A DNA stretch of 64,000 nt, from assembly GCF_964355755.1 (NCBI RefSeq), contig NC_092676.1, positions 8,657,888 through 8,721,887 on the forward strand, read 5' to 3'. This document shows positions 14,307 through 26,300 of the stretch, in pieces; the first letter of the stretch is position 1, and each line of letters begins with the position of its first letter. A program made the position numbers and the translations under genes. This DNA comes from Antedon mediterranea. Lineage: Eukaryota; Animalia; Echinodermata. Below the pieces are notes generated by a model that searched no databases, had not been told where the DNA came from, and saw only the letters and a program-made list of their open reading frames with translations.

Positions 14307-17300
14307 GAAATGAGCCAATTTTGAATGAAATATAAAATTGTACTAATAATTTTACCTGTTGACGGCTAAGTAAACTGTAATCAATGAGTTTAGGTTCAAA
14401 TGGAACGAGTGCAACCGGTTCAAATGTCATGTACTTATATCCATTAAATTGATGCTGAAAACAATAAATTTATCTTAGTGAGAAAAAAATCAGTGTACTA
14501 TAAATGAGGGAGAGGCGGAGGCTTACAATTAAGTGCCGTGTTCTCCCCCTTCCTCTTAAGTAAAGGTGTTGGGGACCCTTGGCTATCACAAGTTCTCATT
14601 CATTCTAAATCACACTATTTAGAAGCACATATCTCTTTTGGAAGACACGATTAAATCGTTGAATATGTCGTGAATCAGAGTCGGCGTGAATTAATAATAG
14701 GGAGCTTTCGATTTGCGTCGGTTGGGTGTCGCCTGGACATAGAAACCATCACCCATGTGTCGAGGTAAGGAGGTGCGAGGACACAACTCCCAATTATATT
14801 CCCGTATGCACACAATGAACTCGGTCGTCGCAAATTATAAAGATAGTTTGAGTCCCTAATATAATGTCTTGAATACTAGTGAAACTACAATCGACATATA
14901 TATATATATATATTGTTTGAAGGTTGCATGGCGAAATTAAATGTTGATCACTACTGAGAACGATCAAAGCATATTGATCAAAACGTCGAGAAACTCAACA
15001 GTTCTTTTCAGAACTAATATACGTAGTGTACTGTAAACTTTATACATTTTATCATGTGGTCAGAACTAAATTGTTTCTGTAAATTACGTCATATAACTTA
15101 GTATGTGTAGGTAAAGTCTGTCATGCGTGACTAAAATAATTTGCATGTAGTTCCATGTGTATGTTATTGAACCGTGGAATGCTGTCAACACAGTAGTGGC
15201 TTACTTCTAGTTTATCAGATATGTCCGTTGCCATCACAATCGTCTCCAGTCGGATTCCGAACGAGTTAGCTTCGTAGTATCCAGGCTCTGAAAGCAAATC
15301 AAATTAGATAATTGCCAAGGTAGGTGAAATATACTTAGTACTTGCTTAGACGAATGCTTCGGCGAATAGACAGTGATGTATTTAAAGTAATCACTGTTGG
15401 TTTAATGTTACGCCGGTGATTTTGTATAATAGGGGAGGAATTCAACTATTTGGGCCGTTTGACTAGCTATTTACCCGGGTAAGTTGGTTTCATGAGTACA
15501 ATGTTGGAACAAAATTATCTTGGTAAATAACTATACCTGGACGGGCCTTAAGACGCCGGCTTAAAAAACACCATAGGCCTAATTCAAGATGCCTAGAAAA
15601 AACTGCGGTAGTAAGGTATTGGATTGAAATGCGTACTTCATTTAGGCCTTACTTCGTTTTTATTATTTACCGTACTGTTTTACTGAAACAACCTGTATTG
15701 TTTGCCTTATTTATAGTTTAAGATTAGGTTAATATAAAATAATCATTGTGATGCTAAGCTATATGATATAAGATGATATTTTGTTTCAAACGGTTTTATT
15801 CTATTTCCTAATATATAGTATATCATTGGTCTGTGTTATTTTAAATGGAATCATACACTTACTGCAATCTTGATAGTGCTTAATTGTATTTAACAATTCT
15901 CGTGGTAACAAATTAGGCCTAAGCTGCTTTGTTATCTAAATATCTAAACCATCATAACAGTTTAGTGTTTAGTGTGAGGGTATCAAAATTAGACGGAACA
16001 TGATATAAATTAATTATATTAATTTCATATTACAGATTCTGAATATACGATAGGCCTGTTAGTATAGTTATTGTAATTCTAAATGCTATATTCTCAGTGC
16101 AGTTATCTTGTAACTATCTAATAACTATTGGTATTATATTTAGTGAGCAACATGATAAATAATAGCTACTTGGTTTCTGACAATTAACGTTGATAAACTT
16201 AGGGTAATGAACGAGAAAAAAATATACCATTACTGATTTTGCGGTAAGTTTTCCCCAACTGATTTTCACAGACAATAAGTCCTGAAAAACCGCCAAATAA
16301 TTCGTCACATTTAAGTAGGCCTATTCTATCATGTTTAAAATAATAATACGCACCCAGGAGGTATGCTGACGCTGTACAGTAGCCTATCTCAACGTTTTTG
16401 ATGTAATATGTCATATGTATGACCAAAATAAATTAAAATAATAGTCCTCTAAAATATGTTATAAGGTGCGAACAAAATGACAAGTGAAACATAATGCTCA
16501 ATGAATGATTTTAAGTCATGTTAGGTCTGCATGAGCAAAAGGTAAATCTATCTTCAGATACATTACCATTGGATACAAAAACACCGTGTTCGATTGGTTC
16601 TTCACCAGTATAACCGCCAATGTTTATTGGACCTAAATTCACAAGACAGAGACTATCCCGTGATCGTGTTTTGTTTCAAGTTTAGTTTGCAGTTTTAGAA
16701 ACGACTCACAGCTGGAATCCGTATAAACGTCAATTAGACTGTACGTAATTACGTCATATTGACTTTGTTGGTGTATTAATAATACTAATAGTGATATACT
16801 ATTGTTTTAGATAGTTTTATTTACGCGATTTGAACGTTTATTTCCATCACAGCTGTAGTTGTTTCGTAAACCGCCTAAAATCTACCTGTCAAACCTACCA
16901 TCGGAGAAGAACATGCCATGTTCTATTGGTTTCTCAGTCTCCCGGTAGCCAATATTAATGCGAGCTGGTCCTGTTTATTGAATTGACAATAACGTAACGT
17001 GGTCCAGTTAAAATATTAGAAAGCTTTCGATTTGCGACGCCATACTATTGTTTGTCATCGCCTAGCTAGATCTAGAATTCGCCAACTGTGTAGATGAACT
17101 GAGAGGGAAAGTACGTCTCAGTATCCCCGCATAAGCGGCGCACAATGAATCAACATGAACTACAGTAGTAAGTTCATAAGTCAAATATTTCATCGGAAAT
17201 CGAAAGCTCCTTACAGTACGGTACAATTGTACACTAACATCAGACATGAATTTTACATTTGTTATTATCTTCACTACAATTAAAAACTCCTTTTTAGAAA

Positions 17301-20300
17301 TTCTTTAGATAATATTCAGGTGCCATACGATCAGGAGTGGAAACATACAGTATTATAAGCGCTCTAATTGGACTTCAAATAGGCCTACACAATGCATAAT
17401 ATTGCGTGTATGGTGAAGAAGAATTATGCATATTGCACTTATGTATCTTATGCTTTCACTTTTGCATCCACATTTGGTTCTATATTGATAATTATTTGTA
17501 TTATTCTTATTATTAAACATTCATATTTAATTTTGAAAATCTATATATAACAATACTTACCTTCATGAACGTTAAGAAAGTGACCAATACCGTGTCCTGT
17601 TCCATGAAGGTAGTCCATTCCATTTGCCCAAAGAGGAGCTCGTGCAATTGCATCGATATCACGACCTGCGTATTAAAATATAGGATTATAAACACTTCTG
17701 ATATATAATTCATTGGGTAGGGATCAAGACGTTGTTATGCCCTATACCCCTCTTAAAGTAACCGCTACCCTCTCTGACGAAAACCATTTAATTTCTTACC
17801 ATAAACACCACTTCTAAAAACAGTTCGGCATAAATCAATTGCTCCCATTAAAACACGTGTGTATGCATCCTAAAAAAATAAATAACATTTTATTATTATT
17901 ATTATTTTAAATAAATAAATTCGTTAGATAAGTTAATGCAAATATATATGAGACTAAATGTTTCTCAAATACACAGTAATTTCATCGTAAGAAACTGACG
18001 ATTTCAAATGTACGTATCGCCGACTATAATACATGTCGTTTGCAGGAACGAATAAATAGACAACTATAAAACTAGCACTCTTTCTAGAATATTTACCGAA
18101 TTTCGCCCTTACGTGAATTTATATATAAATTATATAGTAACAAGACATAATTACCCTTTGGAAATCCGTCGGATCACCAAAATGGAATGTTCTTGTAATA
18201 TCAGTAGTACCGTCACTAAGAAAGTATTTAAGAAAATGTTTAACTTCAAAGAAAAACTGTTAGATTTTTAGATTTTAAATTTTTGATGGAAAAAAATGTT
18301 TTTTGTTTACACATTATGTATACTTGTTGCTGGTCCTGAAGAAAACACAGAAAAAAACTACCCCAAAAAAGTATGTGTGTGCTTGTATACACGTGTATTT
18401 TATTTGTACATGATGTAAACTCAATTATTGTTATGTTTTACGTTCAAGATCCAAACTGCATCATTTCAAATTTTTAATGATCATGCTAGTTTGTTTGTAT
18501 ATTTTTTAGACTCTGTTTTTATATTCTACGTATGTGGACATAATTTACTTCTAAATACTGTATAAATACCTATTTATTAAGGAATGATACGTTTTTTTTC
18601 GATGAAATAAAAGTGGGAAGAAGCCACAAAACACACAAAAAAATGTTTAAAATTGCATGTTGAAAGATTACATGTTAGATTAAATAATAAATCTGTATAA
18701 CTGTATAATAGAATGCACAAAATAACTACTTACAGATATTGCCCACCAGAATCCAATAAATATGTACTGGCTTTCGAAATCGCTTTGTTAGTTGCTTCAG
18801 ATGAACTAAGATTAAAAAACAGGTATTCAGTTCAGTTTTATTCGGTTCACTCAAAAATACAAAGACAAACATAACAGAAAAAAAGCACAAGATAACAATA
18901 TTAATAGAATGAACCGAAGAATAACCCAAGAAAGTTTAAAAGAAAAGTTATTTCCATTGGGATCCTCAGACATAAAAATAACACTGATAATTGCACTTAA
19001 AGCGCCCTATGACTACTAAAAGGTTAAAAAATTGTACAGTAAACATGATAAGGATAGCATAAAGGTAGGCGTATATAAAATGCACAGGCAAATAGCAATG
19101 TTTTAACGGAGCGTACGAACCGCTATAGAAATCCGATTATCCCTATAAAGATATTTCAGAAATAATCTGTTTGATACATTTACTTAAATTGTTAGTTAAG
19201 TTTTAAATATCATCATTATTGTTTTCTTGAACTGCAACCATGAGCGAGTCATATGGCCAAGCGGTTAAGACAGGGGCGCCGTTTACCGTACCTAAAGAGC
19301 CAACAACAACATCGGCAAGGGTTCGAGGCCGACTCGCTCCTAGTTCTGGTGGTGGAACAAGTCTTCTCGGTTAAGGACTATAAACCGTAGGTCCAGTGTA
19401 CACAGTTATAACCTGTGTGTACTTTAAAGAACCCAGTTCATTATTCGAAAAAGAGTAGGGGGTTACCCCGGTGAACTGGTTCACACAATAGCCCATGTAT
19501 CAGGGGGATTACCACCTATCTGATAGGACAGTGATTAATTCAATATTGGTAATCCTTGGCCCCATTGCCTAAAGACATAAAATAAAATAAAAATAAATAA
19601 ATGTAGGCCTATTCTGCGAAGGAATTTTATCTGTATCTGTAGCATACAGTATGATCGAATTCAATATGTTGGCTGGTCCTAGACTCGGTCCTAGCAGCTA
19701 TATCATCCAGTTAAGTAGTTTTTTGTTTAGTCCTTACCTGTAATGTATAATAGCTCCGTTGGCTCCGAATCCTGAAATTGTTTCAAAGCTAAGGCTTTTA
19801 AAATTTTCTTTTTTCCTGTAAAATAAACAGTTTATGTAAGTAAGTACATTGTGTTAACTCTTTAACCACTTGCAATTTCTTAGCAAGTAGTATTATGGTT
19901 AATTATACACAGTGCAGTGACAAACTAAAATATCACGTTTTGATTTTTCTGCAGTAACTGCAGTAGAATAATTTTAACATGATCCATTAACAGTGATGTG
20001 AACATGCTAGTAACAGCGTAGCAACAGTGATACCTGCATAAACTTACTCTCTAAATTCGTATAATTTTTCTTGACAACTTAGCTCACTCAGCTTATCGAC
20101 ATCCCCCACTTCAGGATCCTAAATAAATATTATAGAGATTTATTGTGATTTAGAACAATATGACATAAATTAAAATATTGTTAATAATTCGCATCGAATT
20201 CTAAGACTAAATAGGCTCCTAATAATTAGATATTTATTTTCTTGTATTATGTTTACAGTGTATTTTATATGCTGCCCGTCTCGTCACTCGGACACCTAAA

Positions 20301-23300
20301 TTTCAACATATCGCCCCTGTTCTCCGTCGTCTCCATTGGCTCCCTGTGGAAAAGCGTATTAAGTTCTTTTATTTGTTTTCAAATCCATTCATCATTTATC
20401 CCCAACGTATATTTCAGAGTTAATCAAGTTTCGCTCGGCGACCTGTACTCGTTCCCTCCGGTCAACGTCTGACTTAACCAATCTTGACTATCCACGGTGT
20501 CGATTGAAATCATGTGGGGAGCGATCTTTCGTGGTTGCTGCTCCTAAATTGTGGAACTTTTTGCCTTTGGTGATTCGTAAGTCTCCCTCCGTTCGATCTT
20601 CAAGGCTTACCTGAAGACTCACTTGTTTCGCTCTGTGTGAATTCATTATTTGTCATATACATTTTATTCATTTTATTGTTTGTTAGGCAGGATAGTCAGA
20701 TGCTCACATCACTGTGACACTTGTGAATAAATAGTTAGCTTGTCTTGACAAGTTAGTGAAACAGTGTGGTGATGTGAGATTCCGTTTTCGGACTGTTGTC
20801 TTGGTCAATTTATTCGTTTTTTAGGCTATTTCGGGAATTATTTTACATCAACATTTTTATTTTCACACGTTATATACATTTTAAACCATTAAAACCATTA
20901 TATACTTGAATACAAGATACTCACATCTAACTTTTCGATTTCCATCTCAAGCCAAGCAGCAAATTCAATAATTGCTGCAGAATCTCGTCTCTAAAAGAGG
21001 AAATGAAAATAGATTATAAATAGTGTCTAAATTTAGTTTTGGTATTCTAAAGAAGAAGATTTACTTATAATACTATTGTATTAAAAAATGAGAGATTTTC
21101 TTGGATTGGCCACTAAAATAGACGAATATGCCCATTGAGATTCAATGTTGGCATCTAGTAATAACATTGCATGTGGTGAAAGTATCAACAAAACATACGT
21201 GACTGTCTTCCATGCCTTTTTGTTCTGTGGGATTTTTGACAGCTTTCATCAGGAGTATAGGAGAAGCTTCAACGTAGCGTTTAGCCTGTAAATACAAAGT
21301 AACCAAGTCATTATATTTATCTTCTTTGTGTTAACCTTTGTTCTGGTTTTAAAACCTTTAATTCTTTTGTAAGTGTAGTATAGAAAAATATAAGAAAACT
21401 ATTATGAATATTTTGAATTTGAAATGATGAAGTTGATTATATTGTAAGGCCTAATGATAAAAAAACATTAGAAAATAATATGATGAAATAAAATAATATT
21501 ATGAAGATAAGATGATGACATGTGGATAGGTGTGGTGTTTACGCCACAAAGGAGAATATAAAATGTTTTTCTTCTAAATATTGATTGATTGGTAGCCTAT
21601 TGTCCCCTAATCCGTATTGCTAAAGGTTAATTATTCCTTTTCATGTATTCGGAAACGTCATACAACCTCCTCAGTCGCATACCCCAAACAACAACAACTA
21701 CTACAGTACTACAACAAAAACAACTACAACATACAACAGAACACACATTTTGAAACATCAGAACACCAATACGGTGATTCCAAACCGTTTTCGATTTTTG
21801 GTTATGAAAAGTGAAATGCTTTCCTGCTTTCGAGAGACATAAACAATGCAATAACCCTGTAGCTTTACATACCTCTTCAACCCTTTTATAAGCTGCGTAA
21901 CTTGCAGATGCATCGCTGACCCACGTGAATTCATCGTTTAATTTTTCGACATCGGTTAAGAACTGGTCATATGGACGAGTAATCACACATAGATTACCAA
22001 CTTAAACAAAATTATTTTGAATGTATTCATTTTACTGATTTGTGATGCAATTTGTGAGGCAAGACCTCAGTTAAAATTTGTATCTACGTAAAATGTAGAT
22101 AATGTTTAACATTAAACATTGAAAAAGTTATTGAAATTACATTGTATTTCACATTGGCATTTAGAGTTGGGAGGGGTGAGAAGGAGAGAGAGAGTATGGT
22201 GGGGAGAGGGGGTGGGGTGGGGTGGTGTTGCTAGTCTAATACTTTCAAACACGTTCCACTGATGTATAAACATCATTAAAAGCGCTCAGAATGTGAGCAC
22301 AAGTACATGCTGAAATTAAATTTCATAGTTTTATAGATAATTGCCACAGGACATAAGGATGATATTAAACATTGTGAACGTAAACAAACTTACATACCAA
22401 CACAGAAAGCAAATAACATAGATTAGAGAACCTCTTTTGGGACATACCTTTTCAGGGGTCACCCCTACCAAGATGACGCTTTCCCGAGTGGAAATAACGT
22501 TTTAACACTACGGCCAACCACTACGGCCAACTACAGTACTACGGCCAACCACTACGGCCAACCACTACGGCCAACCACCACGGCCAACCACCACGGCCAA
22601 CCACCACGGCCAACCACCACGGCCAACCACCACGGCCAACCACCACGGCCAACCACTACGGCCAACCACTACGGCCAACCACTACGGCCAACCACTACTC
22701 GGGGGACTCCAACACCAAATTGTTTATTCATTAAGACAATATTTTTTCAGTCACAAAACAACAAATCATTATATTTAAATAATTATTAATACAAAATGCA
22801 TATAACAATATAATTTCTTTGGCTTGACAGTTTTCATTGGGGAAACATGGGCTGCTAAAATTATAATTGGGTTTTTTTTTCTTCCTCGCAAAAACCCCTA
22901 TTAATTTAACAATTTGTAGGGTCCCGAGGTGTACTCTCTATTGAGGTTCTTTTGTACTTGACAAATGTTCTTTGCAAGCATTAGAAGACAATTTAGAGTA
23001 CAAACAAAACAACCACTATAATTTTGATTTACTTACCGCACGGATTTTCGGCTAGAATATTTAAATGCTCTCTTATTTCGTATGTTATTCGATCAGTATC
23101 GTTGTACATGTAAAGACTATTAAAGATATTTTTAACAAATCAACTTCTATGAATGTTTTCAAAAGATATTTTGCAAGTAATTTAAGAACTTAAAATAATT
23201 ATTTATAGCCTAAGTACATTTGTGATTGAATATTTTTTATGCAATTAATACAATTATTTCATTTAACTGTATTGTGGAAAAGAAACGAATGCTTTGGAAG

Positions 23301-26300
23301 TCTAAATCTCTGTCTATCAAACTAGTTTGACAAAAAAAGTATGATATGCCCAAATATGGTATTTATATGCCCAATTATAGTAGTGATGACATCATCATGT
23401 CCATACATGGGCACATCACATTTTTTTGTCACAAAAAATTTGATAGTGTAGACAGAGCTTAAATCAGTGGATTAATAATAGCAGGTTGCTGAATAGAATT
23501 GACAGTATTAAGATTGCAAATGTATTAGAGAAATCCTCTACTAGAGTTGGAGAAGAGATGTAAACTAGAATGTATCTTTACTTACCGAGCAGGCTCGTTG
23601 TCGTAAATAATTGCATATGAAATGAACATAGGGTTAAAAGGAATGTCAGCACCTCGCATGTTGAATAACCCTAAATTACATCGAAAAATAAGAAAAAAGA
23701 AGTTGATGTTACTAGTATAAATAAATATAGAAAAAGAACATCAGCAGTATTTGAACGCTCATCACAAGGGAGCTTTTAATATTGTGATGACCGACGACCA
23801 AACTACGTCATGTCAATCCACTGCGCATGTACGGATATTGGACGCGTTTCATCGTTCTGTACCTCGGCACAGTTTTGTGTCATGACGACGAACGACGACA
23901 CATCGGTTGACCTGACTAATTAAGGTCGTCGGTCATCGCAAATTGTACTTTTCACTCACACACTCGCTTTGAAGAAATTTTCATGTTTTAAATTTTTAAC
24001 ATTAGCAAGGAAATAATGGTACTAACATAAATTGCATTTTGAAAACAAAAGTAAATGGTCTTATTTTTCACTTTTTCTCTGGAACGATTGATTCTAGATT
24101 TAAAAGTAGCCGGCCTATTGTAAATTTTTCCTTTTTAAAATAAATTATTTTGTATTACGATTTTCATAAATATTTTACAAAATATGACGATTAGCAGAAC
24201 AATGGGAGATACATACATGCAATTTCGTCTAGCTTTGTAACGATGAGTGATCCAATTGTCTTATCATCATCCCTTTCATTTGTCAGTCTATCTTGTAGAA
24301 CTTTTAGTTTTTCTTGCCACGTTTGACCTTGAATATAAAAACATTTTGATGTGATTTAAGGCCGTTGAACTCATGTGCATAGTGCGCCTTACAGAACTAT
24401 AACTATTCGAAAAGAGTAGGGGATCGTGTGCTTATCTGGTAGGCGCTGCACTGCTGGAGAGCCTGATCCGATTGTCTCAGTTAGAATATATAATTCATAC
24501 GTTTTACATTTATCATACACGACTTAGTTCAAAGAAAATTACGCCGAAATTCATTGTGAATTATTAGAAATATCGATCTCTTTAGGAATTTAGGGTTTCC
24601 ATATTAGATTAGAAGGGCGATACATAAAGTTTTCTTTCCTCACTTGGGGCCTAAAATTGCCAAATGATCAAAGCGCTTACATAGAGAAAAGATGCAAAAG
24701 GAGTTGCTCATTTTGGAAATAGATGTGTTTTATGGGTTTTTTTTCAAATTTAAAAACCGTGGTTTTACCAGATCTCAGGCGTAAGATAATTCCATATCTC
24801 CTGTCCAAATTTTGTAAGTGTTATTATCAGAGGTCCACTCAAAATAATGATCCAAACTAGATCTGTCTAAAGGCCCCGCTATAAACTTCCCAAACTAAAC
24901 CACTAGTAGCCTACCTGAGCCTCGATGGGCTCCACCACGACTGAGGAATGAACATATATTTTTGTAGAAAGAGTTTTTACAATTGTTAAAATAGTCTCAA
25001 ACTTACGTGTTTATAGAATTCATAGAGAAGGTAAATAGAAAACTGTGATAACCAAACAAAAATTGTTGACCCTACCAGTATATTTTTCTTCTAGAACGAT
25101 AAGTTGCTCATTTGGATATTCTGGTCTGTCGGTCCATATTTCGTCCACCAAATTGTCAGTAATCTCTACCATATTTAGGTTCCGAACTGGATCTTCGGTA
25201 ATGGCATCATTGTAACGGTTAAAGGAACCTAGAATGTAACAAGCATAAGTTAATTGTTCATATTATTATGTCATTAGCGTTTGTTCTTATTGTAAGTGTA
25301 TTTAAGGTATAGTTTTAATAGAATGGTATACATAACAATCTTGGTGTTTGTTATCGGCTTGTAAAGTTTTTACCTACACTTGTTTTCTATATAAATGTGT
25401 CTGTTTATGGTATAAGTAGTTGTATCACATTACATTACATTTCCTCTCTTTTCCCTTGTTAATTAGTACTACAATGAACTTACTGACAGAAAGTAATCTT
25501 GCATCATATCCGATTTTGTCATTCTGATTCAGGTTCGCTGCGAGCCATTCATAAGATGTTAGCACATCGGGTTGCCCTAAATCAAAACATAATGACAAAT
25601 GTAAACCATAGATATATTATAAGCATACTGGTTAATAGGAAGCTTTCGATATACAATGATCTTATGCAGTGGCGTTTAAGTGGGCATTTTAGCCTTTTTC
25701 AACATATTTTAATGCCTGTTTTTTTCTTTGGGCACTGCTCATAGGCCCCCATAAGCTCCGGGACTAATGGTTTAGCCATTGAGCGCTCATAGCCGTTAAG
25801 CTATCGACCTTATTTCAAAATCAAAGAACTACATCTTAATCTTCATCTTAAACTTTCAACTTCAATCGCGGATTAACGTGGAAATGGGATATTCTAGAAT
25901 ACTTTTTAGTTCTAAAACAAATTATTCTAACTATGAAATACCAGATTTTTGAATGGTCCAATGACAGTCCATTTCTTTCTCCGACTGTAAGAAGTAACGT
26001 CCATCAACCCACATCAAAGCTTGTGTTTTTGTGACAATTGCCAAACCTACCATGTGAAATGCGTTATTAGTAGGTCTAATAATGTCTTGTATAACAAGAA
26101 AAACATCTACTACATGTCAGGAGTATTAAGCTTAGGTTCCTCTTATAGGACGCAACGTAAGCGCAAGGCAAGCGAGTTCGAATAATCTATTGCGTGTAAT
26201 CAAATTACTTAAGTTCTGTATACACTATCAAACTTGTTTGACAAAAAAAATATGGTAGTGATGTGTCCAAATATGGTAGTGGTATAGCATTATCGTGTCC

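Noticed and set aside
22169-22226. G-rich tract with quadruplex potential
   Set aside because: Simple low-complexity intronic tract with no evidence of function.
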